From positions 2,418,001 through 2,482,000 of the forward strand of contig BQFW01000012.1 of assembly GCA_020891255.1 (NCBI GenBank): a DNA stretch of 64,000 bases, read 5' to 3'. Positions within the stretch are counted from its first letter, which is position 1; each line of letters opens with the position of its first letter. The stretch is from Entomortierella parvispora E1425 (lineage: Eukaryota; Fungi; Mortierellomycota). The notes under the pieces are model-generated. The model had not been told where the DNA came from, searched no databases, and saw only the letters and a program-made list of their open reading frames with translations. A program made the translations under genes and the position numbers. Shown one piece after another: positions 10,610-24,376 of this stretch.

Positions 10610-13600
10610 ATGGTCTATTCGACAGTGCCCATAGATGAGACACCCGTTAGTTCGCCGACGGCAGGTAGTCGGCCTTCATCTCGGTAAATGATGCCCTCTG
10701 TTCCAGAAAAAAAAAAAAAAAAAGCGGGCCAATGGTCGTTTTTGGATGGCGTGTTTGTGTTGATTTGTCTGTCTGTCAGAGGGCCGTTGTTATTATTTTT
10801 TTTTGTTGTTTGGGTGGTCCTTCCTTCTCTCCCTCCCACATGGACGGACGGGCGGGTGTGCGTGCACTGGTGCAGTCTAGCAGGTTTGCAGTGCAGTGCA
10901 GTGCAGGACAGGCAGGGGAAAGCCGAGCTGAGCTGAGCAAAGGGAGAGAGCAAGGCAGCACAGGGCCAGACCGCACCATTGCTGGCGCACAGGGGGGCGG
11001 GAAGAAGGGAATAAAAAAAGATAGATGGTCGAGCAAGAACGAGCAGGGGGAACAAAAGGACGAGAAAAGGGATCCTCAACAAACTCGACCGTTTTTTTTA
11101 TATATATACTCGTCTTCAGCATTATTGTTGTCATCCATCCAATGGACTGATCGTCTTTTCTCTCTTCTCTCCTCTCTCCTCTCTCTTCCTCTCTCTTCCT
11201 CTCTCTTTCTCTCTTTCTCTCTTTCTCCTCTCTTTCTCCTCTCTTTCTCCTCTCTTTCTCCCTATCTCTCTCTCTCTCTCTCTCCACCCTTTTGTGTCCA
11301 TCCATCCATCCATCCAACAATCAATCAATCATCATCTTCCGTCAATCAATCTCCTACCCTGCAACCGCCAGTGTCATCCACTCCCCGCCCATCTCCCCTG
11401 TCAGAAGCACCCGTTCGCCCGTCTCGAGCATCCATTCTTCATTCTCGGCTGCACCTACTGGATCAGACCAGTTCTCGCAGCAAGCACGCTACCAGCAGTC
11501 GCAAGAGTACCAGCCCGTCTATCCTTCCCGATCCTCTTCACACCGCCAACAGAGACGGACCTCACATACGGCCGCTAACCAGAGTCTGGCCGATACCAGC
11601 AGCAACAGCATCAACAGCACCCACAGCTTTTCCAGTCTGACCAGCAGTGGTCGTGAAGCTCATATCGTCAGCACGAGCATCCTCAACAACGCTGTCAATC
11701 AGAGCATCAACGGCAGTAGCAACGGTTCTCACAGTAACAACGGCACCGGAAACACCAGCTTCAACGGCAACAGTGGCAGTCTGAATAGCAACAGCAGTAT
11801 CTTTTCGACCACTGTCAAACATACTCGAGGACTCTCCACTGGCATGTTTGGTATGCAGCCACCAGGACAACAATTACCACCCCCACCTTCTCCGTCGCCA
11901 TCGTATCAACAGCAACAGCAACAGCAGCAACAATACCCTTCTAGCCCAGTCTCGTCAGACTATCAACAGCACCAACAGCCACCGTTCCAGATAATGAGCG
12001 GCACCTCCTCTCCCGCCTCCTCCGGATCTGGCACCCGTCAATCCACGAGCGGTCAAAGATCGCACCTTCCAAACACCTCGTTCTCGTCCTCTGTTGGATC
12101 AGCAGAGGTTAATGGGCATGCCTCGGCACAGAGCACTGGACCGATATTGGAGATGAGCAACGGCGTGTCAGATGCAACTGCGATCGCAGTTCAACCCCAG
12201 GCCGCCGATTTGGCGACAACAACACCTTCCGCAATTGCCCAGGGCTCTTCTTCTTCAACGTCCTTAGCGTCAACACCAGCACGTGGGCACCACCAACCTT
12301 CAGAGTCCTCTTCATCAGCTTCTCACCACCACCACTCCTCTCGTAGCTCTGGAAACAATCACTCGACAAGCGAGCCTACAACAACCAAGAGGCACAGGAC
12401 AAAAGCATTGATCCCACCCTCCAATGTTCCCAGGCCCAGTGCCACCGTCCCCCCAGCGCCCACACCCGCCATGCATTGGTCTCGTGCCAAGGTTCATGGA
12501 CAAATCCCGCCCAAGGAGTTGCGTGCACAAACGGTGAACTTGGTTGGCGAATCGGTTTATGTTTTTGGAGGAACAGACGCAAAGAGCTGCTTCAACAACT
12601 TGTATATCTTTGATGCTGGTAAGCCAACAAGGATCCGGCAAACCCAAAATAGGAGGGGCAATTGAAATAGCAGAAAAGACTGATTTTGCTCGTGCTTTTT
12701 TTTGGTTGTAAATAGATACCATGCATTGGTCCCAGCCAAAGACCTTTGGCTCTATCCCACCGCCTTGTCGTGCACACTCGTCAACATTGGTGGACAACAA
12801 GCGACTGTACATCTTTGGAGGAGGCGATGGGCCCCATTATTTCAACGAGGTTTACATTTTGGACACTGGTAAGGACCTGTGAAGACTAGCCTTGATCAAG
12901 GATAAGACAATATGCGATATCATTTTAGTCAATTGCTCCTGAACTAAACTCTCGGTAACCTTTGGCTTTTCGTCATGTTAGATACCCTGACTTGGACCAA
13001 TCCCCAGACAACAGGACAGAGGCCATGTCGACGCCGTGCTCACACGACTTGCGTATACAACAATTGTATCTACGTGTTTGGAGGCGGCGATGGCTTGCAG
13101 GCATTGAACGATACTTTCAAGCTAGATCTGGCCGAGATGCACTGGAGCGAAGTCCATACGACTGGGCAGATCCCAATTGCTCGAGGATACCACACCAGTA
13201 ACCTGATCAAATCACAGTTCATTGTCTATGGTGGAAGCGATGGACACGAATGCTTCTCCGATGTGCATGTGCTTGATCTCGGTAAGGGACAGAATTAGAG
13301 ATATTGTCGTGTGGTGTTCATAGAGAGACTGTACTTGGTCGTGGTATATGAACGGATAATGTGTATGAGCAGAGGGCTCATTCGACTCTCGATTCATTTT
13401 TTCAATAGATACACGGGAATGGGTCAAGATTGATATCAACCGGCCTTTACCACGATTGTCACATACTTCAACTCAAGTGGGCTCGTATCTTTTTGTTGTC
13501 GGTGGCCATGACGGCAGTTGTTACTCGTGTGATGTAGTAATGTTGAATTTGGGTAAGCATCTCACTGGCCATGTTATAGCCGTTTTTGCTTACTATGAAC

Positions 13601-14019
13601 ACAAGTACGTTTGCCTATTCTGACGATTGTGATGTTTCGATCATGCTATTTTCTAGTGACATGGTCCTGGGAAACCCGCAAAGTCTACGGTATTCCGCCT
13701 GCTGGTCGGGGTTACCACGCCTCTCTGCTCTACGATTCAAGATTGTTCATGTTTGGAGGATACGATGGACAGACGGTGTTTGATGACATTTACATCCTGG
13801 ACCTCAGCACTTGTGCCTATCTGCCTCAGATCACAGACTTCCAGGTACGGGCGTTGTTGTGTATCTCTGTTGCACCCTTGTGATGTTGTACTTGCATGCA
13901 ATGCGATGAATGTTTTCCTTTTATTGACTAGACCCTTGCTTTGTATTTTTGACATGTAGATCTTGCTCCGGAGGGCTGGTCAGGATGACGAGGAGGAGGA
14001 CGAATACGGGCATGAGTAA
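10610..14019 (+). CDS. Kelch-repeat protein with long Ser/Gln/Asn-rich disordered N-terminus
   Basis: Exons 10610-10683 (tentative first exon), 11372-12618, 12716-12868, 12982-13281, 13409-13552, 13657-13844, 13960-14019. Six kelch blades with GG-D...W motifs (YVFGGTD, YIFGGGD, YVFGGGD, IVYGGSD, FVVGGHD, FMFGGYD). Confidence 0.88.
11155..11330 (+). repeat. CT-rich / (CATC)n low-complexity tract in kelch intron 1
   Basis: Long (CT)n-like polypyrimidine run followed by CATC and CAAT tetramers. Confidence 0.8.
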
Positions 14020-14427
14020 ACTATGTCCGCTGGTCTCCTTTTTTTTAACATGACGAGACGCAAACGCCCTGATTGACACCAAGAGAAAGTCAGCAGCCGA
14101 GATAGAAAAACAAAGTAGAAGTCGTCCTGGCAACAGTGCACATACCAGACAATGAAATTCAAAAAGAAGGAAAGAAGTGAAATATCCCCACGATGTTTTG
14201 AATGTGAGCATCTGTCCCCTTCCCTCCTTTGGATGGATGGCACGGGGCGCTCTGTTTGTCCGTGGCGCAAGAGCAACAGCCGGCCTGCAGCTTTTTTTTT
14301 TTTTTTTTTCCCTTTTTTTTTTGGTATATTTTTTGTGCGCATGTGAATTGGCTCATGGTCAACATCCTGTCTCTCTTCTTTTCTTCCTTTTCTATTGCAT
14401 GCACCCGTCGTCTTTGCATCGCATAGA

Positions 14428-17403
14428 ATGCCCGCTCTCGACATGGACCCCACACCCGCAAATGCGCCGCCGAGCGTCAACTCAATGATTCCCACCCTGC
14501 GGTTCATGGTCCACAGACGATTGAGGCGCAAGGCACACGGTACAACGTCGACAACGACACTGCAGCGTCCAGTTTCTTGTTCGACTTTAGCTCATGACGC
14601 TGACCTTTTCTTCTTCTCTCTTTTCTTTGTCTCCAACATAATGCAGGTGAATACAAAAGACATAGTAACAGACGCTACGTCTTCTCGGCTGTGGTTATCA
14701 TTCTGTTCATGACCTTGATTGGAATTGGTGCCCAGAAACTGGAGCTGGCCACGACTTGGCCCGAGTTGGCTGTCGTCGTGGTCTTGCTGTTGGTCATGGT
14801 CTACATTGTGGTCAAGGTCTCGATTGTTGTTCGTTGGTGTTTTTATTGGTAAGTAGACCTGTTCCTTTGCCCTTTCTTTTTTCTCAGGAAAAAGCAAGCA
14901 AACAAGAAAGAGAAACAAACCCCTGACCCCACCCCCACTCTCTCTACATCCTACAGGTTGGTTCTCGCGACATTGATTCTCTTTGCAATCAACCGCGGAC
15001 ATCTTTTTGAGACCATCCGATCGCCCACTCCCGACAACAAGTTTCTGCTGCGGGCCAAGATTGTCCTGATTGTACTGGCGTTCCTGGAAGTCTTGACGCT
15101 GGGCATTGTTTTTTTGCTCAGAGTGGCGTACCCTCGGATTGTGCTTCGGGCCACCTGGCTCAACAGTCGAAAATGGTGGCGGATCAAGGATATTCCTGCG
15201 ACTGGAGACGAGTCCAAGAGAAAGGCCAACTACCAGACCATCATGTTTTCGTATGTCTCATGGGATCCAGACGAGTATCGATTGCAGAGAAGCTCGGTGT
15301 CTTATGTGGGCGAGTTTGATAACCAAGGACGACCTCATGGGCTCGGCGAGTGGACCGACCACACGTTCACGGGCGAGGCTTTGCAAGGTAGAGTTGCGAT
15401 AATCCATTGGTGAAACATACGGATGCATACCACGTCTTATGACCTTGCGTTTTCTAAAGTTTTTTTTTCATTTTCATGTATGGGCATTAACAATAGGTAT
15501 CTGGGAGAATGGTATCCCAATTGGACCTTTCAAGAGTCAAGAATACGGCACTGGAAACTCGTTCAGCAACATTCGTATTGGATTTTGCAAAAACTCTATG
15601 GACACTGACGACTCTACAAAGTTCACGACGGCGCACGACCCCAAGGGCCTCTCTTACGGCGCCGCCGGCGTGGAATGCTCTGTATCCGGGTATGGAATCC
15701 AAGAATGCTTTGTCTCTGTTGGAGACTACCATATCCGACATCAGTGCTAACGGCCTTTTTATCTTGGTATCCCGTCAAACAGAAAATTCTTTCACCATTT
15801 GCCCTATGTCCGAGTGATTGCACCAGGTGTCTTGCGTTCGTCTTTGGAACAGCACTCAAAGGACGATCCAGAGGCTCCCACCATCCCGCTGGCGTACCCT
15901 CTCTCATTCCTCTCGACATTTGCAGAGAGTTTTCAAAGTCGTCCCTCCATCCGAGGCAGCTTCCGAGGACTCTCTTCACCCAGGAGCGTACCCCTTTCCA
16001 AATCTATTGTGGTTCGATATACAGATAGAGGAATCTTCATCCCAGGATACGTGCCTAGCCGTCGAAGATTCGATGCGAATGAAGTGACTGTCCGCCGTGT
16101 TTGCCCTCCCAATCTTGGAGTCGAGGGTCAGCAGGTGAGTCCGGCCATCGGACCCAACGACCCCCCTAAGGGAGCCTCATCCGCCGTACCTGCACTCAAC
16201 TTGCCCCAAACTCAAGTTGGATCCAGTGGTGTGAGCATCGCTAGTGATGATGGCGACTCTGATTCCGGTACAGTGAATCGTCTTATTGTTCAAGACTCCA
16301 GCAACAACAATGGATCTGGATCTGATGGCGGCGGACGACCGTCTGTCGACAACAAAGCACGTAGACGGAAACGTTTAGACCAAGCCGGACTCGTGGTGGA
16401 TGGATGGCGTCAGGTGTTGGACGTTGGAAACTCGTCCATGACGGCATCTCGTGCAGGATACGAGGCCCTTGTGTTTGTGCATGGCTACAATTGTCCGTTG
16501 ACCTACGGTATCGCTCGATTGGGACAGCTGCTCTCTCTGGGAGAATTTCCTCCGTATATCAAGCCATTTGTCTTTAGCTGGCCATCGTCCACGACAATGG
16601 GTTACTACAATGCCAAGCGGGTTGGATGCTCGGATGAGGTGGCCAAGGATCTGCGACAGTTTATGGATGATTTGCGAGCCGCTGGATTCCGACGGGTCCA
16701 CGTACTTGCTCACAGCATGGGCGCCAGAATCGTTCTCTCTGCGCTTCGCAAGGGTTTCTTTAACGGCGTGTTGGCGGAACGTGAGGTCGTGGATGTGGAG
16801 CCCTCCATGATGTCGAATGCCGAAAGCGACTCGCCCTTGCGCCCCCGCAAGACTGTCCGATACCGAGATACCATGCCAGGCAGACCACAGGGCAATGCTG
16901 GACGTGGCGCTAGTGATAGCAGTCTGGGAGGCGACGATGTGTCTGCGCCAATCCAGTTGGCGACGTTTACGCTGTTGAACCCGGATGCGGATCTGGACGT
17001 GTTTTTGGAGGAGGACTATTGGTCGCTGTCGCGGTTCTGCCCTCATATCACCTTGTACGCCGATGCCCATGACGGAGCTTTGTTCTGGAGCGAAGTGTTG
17101 GGTCGAAAGGAATCTCTGGGTCGACAGCCTCGTACGCTGATGTACGCTCCCACACAGGAGGTACTGGACATGGACGTGATTGATACCACCAGTTTGGACG
17201 TGAACATTCACTCCATTCGACACAACTTTTTTAATCTGAACCGGATGCTGGTCGATGATCTGTATGATGTTGTCGTTCTGGGTCACCGTGCTCGGGAGAG
17301 AGAAGGCCGACTGTCGAGTCGATGGACGTTCTCGGAAGACGGTGTTCAAAACGGATCCGTGTACACGTTCCTTTGCGCGCCAAGCTATGTTGTCAACAAG
17401 TAG
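14428..17403 (+). CDS. Membrane-anchored MORN-like repeat + DUF900-type alpha/beta hydrolase
   Basis: Exons 14428-14539 (tentative), 14647-14848, 14957-15387, 15497-15689, 15783-17403 (853 codons). Several TM helices, then YVGEFDNQGRPHGLGEW...GIWENG, then VFVHGYN, FSWPS, nucleophile elbow AHSMG, NPDAD and RH. Confidence 0.78.
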
Positions 17404-17722
17404 TCGCTTGCACGTCAACCACCTTGTTCAAAGTTTGTATCGTCCTTCTCAGAAGGAGCATTTTAATATACCATAGTTTTTCATCCGCACCTCCATGTCT
17501 CGAGGGGGGCATGTTTGGTATGAGAATAAATCAAATTAGCAAACACCAAAGCCGAAAGAATGAAAAAAAAAAAAAAAAAAAAATGGCACTCCAAATTGCT
17601 TTCTGTGGGAGTAGCGCCCGCAGCAGAGCTGCTTTGCAGTCGTCAATGGTCTGACTATCATCTATGTACATTTGAGAAACTCTATTCTATTCTATGCTAT
17701 TCTATACTTTTCTTCTAGAGAC

Positions 17723-20700
17723 TTAACCAAACTGGAGCCAGTTCTCATCTTGACTATCCATAGGTTCAGGTGATGTTGACTTTGTAACCAACCCGCACGA
17801 CCTCTCGTGCTTTTGACTGCCATAGTTCTCGGGGACGGTAGCCACTGCCAAAGAAACAACGCCATTGTCTTTAGCACTATCGTTGTCCTCATCACTGCTC
17901 TCAATGAGAATCACCTCTTTTCCCTGGTGGTCATTCTGGCCAGAGCCGCCGCCGATGCTGCTCATATCGCGCTTTGCAGTAAGGATATGACTGGTCTGCG
18001 CACGCTTGGGCTGGATGCCAACAGGGAAGTGAGGCGGACGTCTTGAAGTTTCCAGACGCGAGTCCGAGGTGGCAGCCCGCTCCAGTGGCGTCCGTGATGA
18101 CCGCGACTTCCAAAGAGATTTCTTTGGAGGGGAGCAAGCCAGATGAGTAAAGATATTTCCAGGCGATGACAAAGCTGTGAAAGAGGATATCGTCTCGTAC
18201 GGCCGTGTCTGGTCCTGGAGGGGTAGCGGTCCTGAACTCGAGGAATGCGTCAAAGTATTCCTGATGGGCGGATCAAATTGTGGTTGTGCGACAGGTTTAG
18301 TGTGGTGACTAAACCGATACGTGCGCGATTTGGACGGACTCTCCCCCAAGGCGACCCCTCCTGTTGTGATTGACAGAGGAAGACTATTCTTGCCATCGTC
18401 ATCGTGGCCGCCAGACGCAAAGATGTGATAGTTTAGGCTCGCGTTTGAGCTCAGGAAGGCTTTTGGCGGTGAATCCGGTATTTCCATAGTGGATGATTCC
18501 AACGAAGAAAGAAGACTACCTTCGTCACTTGAAAGAACGATGACTGTCACAGTGGGTTGTGATCCTTCCTGGGCCGGTTGCTGCAGCGGGGCTGATGTAG
18601 CTGTTGATACTAAGGAATGCGGCCGTTCTTCATCCTTCATATCTCTTTGATCCATGAATGGGTTGGAGAGTACATCGCACGGTTGCTGTGTCGGGAGCGA
18701 TTCCTGCTCGCGTTGCAAAGAACCAGGCAAGGATTTGAAAGTTGAGACCGCTTGAGATATACTACTGTAGTGCTGTGGAAATGGGTTGGAGTCCGATAGC
18801 GAGCTGAAGATAGGGTCTGGGCTCGAGCTCAAGTATCCCTGGTTGAGCGAAGGTGTTGGTGCAGGCTTTTCGGCGGAATCTCGGGTCGCGGGTGCCAACC
18901 CTGGTGACATTGCAGTGCGACATCGAATAGGCTCGAGCTCTGGTTCAGTCTCTGGTAGCAGCATGTCGGTCTCCAGTTCCAGCGTACTCAGTTCAAGAAC
19001 CGGGTCCACTGCATCCGACGTCAATGACGTCTTTTTTGTGTCATCCCCTTTAAGCAACTCTGCAGTGAGGTCCAAGGTATTCATTTGACGACTGTTCTCA
19101 ACAGAACTCTGGACATGTCCAGGCCGACCATCTCCGGTCTGCAATCCAGCGCTGCTCTGGGGATCCGTCTCGTCTCCAAGAGTTGTATCTTCCTGAGTCG
19201 TACTTTTCCCGCGCTCCTCTGTCTGTAACCACCATTTTCGTTTCCGCTCCATTTCTTCCAAATCAAAAGTCAAGGGTCCTTCGTCCATGGACGAGTCTTC
19301 GTCCCCGCCCTCTCGATTCTTCTCTCCCTGGGAGCCATGCCCTCCCTCTTCTTCTAGACTGGCCGTGTTTCGTAATTGTCGCTTGAGTTTTTTCAATTTG
19401 TGTCGTAGATGCGTGGATCTAGGCGAGAGAATAGGACTAGGACTTGATCTCCGTGACTTGTTGTCATTTGATTCTGATGCCGCTGCAGGAGTAGACGTTG
19501 CATCCTGTAGTGGTTGAATGCCCATTACTTGGTCATTCATATCTAGTAGATTGTATCCTTTGACCTGGTGAAAACTTTGAAAGTCCGTTGTAACTCCATC
19601 CACTAATTGAGGTCTGCGGTATTCCTCGTACTCTTCTCTTCCTGTTACGAGACAGCGATCCGGAGGCATGTGCTTGGCCAAAAGATCCACAATTTCCTGA
19701 TTTGAACGGAAATAGGTCTTTGAGATGGAATCTCGATGAAGGACGCAGGGGAAGAGCATCCTTGGCTTGGTCAACTTGACAAGTTGCTCCAGCTCGGAAA
19801 GTGATGCATGGCACGCAAAATTGATGTACTAAATTAGAACATTGGAAAGGAGTGAATGTCCGTTAGCATCCGGGAGGGTTGTCATCAAGAACTGATCAGA
19901 AAAAAAGAAGGAAAATAACTTACATAGCATAGGTCATCTCGTTTGGAAATAGAGGGGGGTAATCTCTCCTTAATTGTGTATGCTTTCCCTCGCATGACCG
20001 TATGACCTTTGGCAAACACACTGTCTTGTTGACGTTCCTTTTGCAACTTTTCCGAGAACCAAGAGACGTTGGGCTGGATCCGAATCAGTTCTCTCGCCGT
20101 TGTATGCGCACTTCCTCCTGCGCCTCCATATCCACAAGACGATCCCAGTCGACAAGAATGAAAACGTGCATAGGTCCCTTCCAGCGTCAGATGAGGCAAG
20201 ATTCTGGGATGGATCATGTCATCGATCGCAGTGTAGAGTTCATAAAGATAGGGCGACACATGAATCTTGGTATTGAAGGCCTTTGATAGTCCAATCCAGA
20301 TCTCCTCGTACCCAAAGGTCCATGCATCAATGTAATAGTGAGCCAGCCTTGCTCGATGGGTGATAAACGTAATCAAGTCCGCAACAACCAATTCCTAAAA
20401 CGAGGACATTCAATTAGTTTAGATCATACATCAAATCCAGAAACCAACAGTTCATAAAATGGTGGTCGTCCAGCATACCCGGCTTGGAAAGTTGTAGAGT
20501 CCAGGATGACAACAGGTCGTGTCCAGGTACAGCCTGTCAATTCTTAGAGCCGAGGTTGAAAAAATAGACATTGACCCTAATCCCATGAGATCCACAGTCT
20601 CGTTCCTGGCATCACCCGTGTAAAGAATGCAAGAGCAATCGTCCTGAAGAAGAAACCTATCAACGTTGTCAAGAAAAAAAAATTAGCACCATTAATTCTA

Positions 20701-21220
20701 AAAATGAAAGGCGTTGGCTCTTAAATGAGTTTCCAGAGTTCCTACATAACGGCTCCAGGGCAATGATGAGCAGGAATAAGAATGCAACGAACTCTCCTGC
20801 CGTTCCCGAGTTCAAGGTAGTGAGCAGTCTCTGTGCTCAGTGGTCTCTATTGAGAAGCGCATGGGAAAAAAAGGGTCAGCAACGCTTGACGTTCAGCTTG
20901 AAAAAACTAACGAGAGCCGATAATATTGGATCGAAATTTCATTTTACCAGGAACGGGGCCAGGTGCGCATACCTGCGCTGCATGACCTTGGTCCGCCCGC
21001 TCTCAAAGTTTTCCTGGCTGGAACGGGAGGCAAGCAAGGGCAGCCAGGTAGCTGTGATGGCAGAGCAAAAGATGGGTGCATCCCAGGATTTGCTGGCGAG
21101 TCCAGCTAGGTGGTCCGAGTGGACGTGAGAGAGCAAATAGGTCGAGACCCCGGCACGGATCCGAAAGTTGTCGATGGCAACCGAAGGGAACTCACGGATC
21201 AGGCCGTCAAAGGTGGACAT
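17723..21220 (-). CDS. DCLRE1C: Artemis/SNM1-family beta-CASP metallo-beta-lactamase nuclease
   Basis: Exons 20948-21220, 20746-20846, 20479-20656, 19924-20394, 17723-19828 (1043 codons). N-terminus MSTFDGLIREFPSVAIDNF resembles Artemis; motifs SHVHSDH, AHHCPGAVM, YTGD, YLDTT, GYEE, FACHAS; long Ser-rich disordered tail. Confidence 0.85.
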
Positions 21221-22371
21221 TTAAGGCGACATGGACCTTTGTGGAATGAGTGCAATGGAAGATGGATGAAAGAGATCCGCCCTGCTGGACGCACGGCCCT
21301 CGGCACAATCAACTCTTGCTACTGTGAATAAGGAAATATGAACCTCTCGAAATGCAAATTATCTTTCAATGGAAACCTCCAAGCATTTACCCGTGTCTGT
21401 TTTTCAGTCCGATCTGCTAGCTGCTCTTTTATTGTTCATTTCTCCACAACGTTCAGATTCTCTCTCCGTCTTGACAACGTCAAGAATAGATAGGTGTGGA
21501 AAACAGACAGGACGGAGGAGGTCAGAGGAAGGAGCAACGTCTCGTGTTCATCAATTGCAATCATTCTTCATGTATTGTTTCTTCACAGCCAACTGTGGTT
21601 GCTGCGCTAGACGCTCCCATTTTTTACATAATATATTTCGGCTGCAACACCCAAAATAAGAAGAACAATACAAGAGAAACGAGGACAGGGGTGGAGCGAT
21701 GAGTGAGCACTTTAAGAGACAATTGAAGGCGGGGGGGAAGAGAAGAGAGAGCAGAGCTCGCGTGCTGACATGATCACGCAACACAACATGTCAGCAATTG
21801 GGCGCAACCGGGGCACACTAGGGCCGTACCAAGAGTCCAAATCCAACGGTCAATGGTCTAGCAGACCGATCGCATGCAGGCGGGTTTGGACAAAGGGTTG
21901 CGCACTGGTCGCTCCCCCGTGGTCACCACGCTGTGCTCGTGGGTGTGTTATGAAGACAGGAACGAAATTTCATTTCGGACGTGGGACAAACGGATCAAGA
22001 AGAAAAGAGGAGCAAGGGGGAGTGAAGGTCCATCGAAAAAGAAGTGTCCCTGAAAAGAACAAACAGACATAGACAGAGAGGACCCTGGGAGACACTCTTT
22101 CCCTGGATCAAAAGACACCCGATCGTCTCTTTTCCTCCGCAACGCTTCTTTGCTTCCCCTTCCCCTCCTTCCCTTCGTCTTCCTTGCAGCACCTACTCTC
22201 TCTCGCTCCCTCTCTCCCTCTCTCCTCTCTCCCCCCCTTCCCTTCTTCGTCTTCTTCCTCGCCTCACTTCTCTTGCCAGACTCGTTTCCTCTTCACGCCT
22301 AACGATTCGCTTCCATTCACATCCCATCACCCTTCTCTCTTCATCTTCATTCATTCACACACCTGCCCCTC

Positions 22372-24342
22372 ATGGGAAACGGTACCAGTAGAGATCAGCA
22401 GGACATCTTTGACAATGAAGGCAAGCGCCAGCATTTCGACTCTCATTCCCGAAAAAGCGATGCCAAGGAATCAAAATCCACCCCTCGCTAATCTCATTCC
22501 TTCCGCTGAATCTGCATGTCTACAACCACAGTCAACCTCTTTCAGTTCAAGCTGCTCAGGGTCATTGGCCGAGGGTCGTTTGGCAAGGTAATGCACTGCG
22601 AAGAGACAGCCAATGGCAGCTCATCCTGCCATTGGCGAGGGCGAAAAACTAGGACGAAAAACCCCTTCTTTGTCACAGCACACGCATATGCCCATCAGCA
22701 CAGTCAGCCATTCCACTCCAACAGAAGACACCCCTGCCATGTGCCCCCTCATTTCCTCTCCCCTGTCCCCGTCTCTACCTTCTCTTGTTTCTTTACACAT
22801 CTTTACACATCTTTGCACATCCTCGCCCCTTCTCACTCCCCGATCATCGGCCGGCCAAAGAGGAGCGAGTAGCAGCACGCTCCTGACACAATAGTTCAAT
22901 AATGTACTCTTTGCGTGCCGTTGTGTTCTATTTTCCTTCTGCGCTCAGAAGCATGCAGTCAACTCTATTTCCCCTCCAGGGACATTTCGGCGAAAAAGTC
23001 GCTTCTCCCTCGTGGCCGGATTGGTGGTGGGTGGTATTGTATTGGCAGCAGTCGGTCTTGAATCGCGTTCATTCGATCCATTCTGCTTTTCCTTCCCTGT
23101 CCCCCTTTTGCGCTTGTTGTGTTGTTGTCTCTCTTTGCGGTCTTTGGTCCGATCACCCTCAGTCCTCCCCTCTTTTTTTCTTGTTTCTTCCCGATGGTTC
23201 AACGGAAGGAAGCAAACACAAACACAAACAGGGCAGGTTATCCTTGTTCTGGCCTTGCAATCTCTTTCCTACTTTCAGGGGAATGACCACACTGCACCTG
23301 TAGGCTACTGGCCTGCCCTTTTTATTCCCCCCCATGTCGTACCTATGAAGCTTTAATCCAAACTCGTGCTCTGTGAGCCATGGATCGTCCCAATGATATC
23401 CAACAAACTAACTTTTGTACCTTCTCATGCTTTTGCTCACTCTCTTTTTTTATGGTGGCCGGCTATTATCAGGTCCGAATGGTAGAAAGGCGAGAGACGG
23501 CCAAGATCTATGCACTCAAGTATATTTCTAAAGCTCAGGTGATCAAGATGGACGCTGTTCGGAACGTGCTACGGGAACGACAGATCCTAGAAACACTAGA
23601 CCATGCCTTTGTGGTCAACATGCGCTTTGCCTTCCAGGACGACGAATACATGTACATGTGCATGGATCTCATGTAAGGCCATCATCACCCTTCAATGCTC
23701 TCAGCTCCCCCCCCCCCTCTTTGGAGCGACAACCACAAAAACCAAGCTCAATACTGACCTTCTTTGACCACGGGGGCAAATGTTTTATAGGATGGGAGGT
23801 GATCTGCGATTTCACTTGAACAGAAAGCAGTTTGGCGAAGACGTGGTTCGGTTCTGGATCGCAGAAATGGCCTTTGCCATCACGCATCTGCACTCTTTGG
23901 GGATCGTACATCGCGATATCAAACCCGACAATGTGCTCTTGGACGAGAATGGACATGCTCACTTGACAGATTTCAACATTGGCTGCAAATTGACTCCCGA
24001 AAAGCCGTTTTTGACCTCTCAGTCGGGCACTGTTGCTTATATGGCGCCAGAAGTGTTTAACAGCACTGGCTATGGCACTAGTGTGGACTGGTGGGCCTTG
24101 GGTGTTGTTTTTTACGAGTGCATATACAACAAGCGGCCGTTTCAGACCGACACCATCGCCGAGCTCAAAAAGGCCATTACGAGCCAGCCAATAGAGTTCC
24201 CCGAGAAGGAAGGTGTCTCTAGGGAATGTATCTCCGCTATGCGAGGGGTGAGTTTGTTGGACCTGCATGACCTGCATGACCTGCATGTACTAAAACAGCT
24301 CTCTGATGTCCAAAGGACCCATTTTACTGACAATTCGGTCTA

Positions 24343-24376
<34 letters not shown>

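Noticed and set aside
22516-22587. MSTTTVNLF start for the kinase
   Set aside because: The GC-AG-spliced MGNGTS start matches the STK32 N-terminus much better; this start is kept only as a possible minor isoform.
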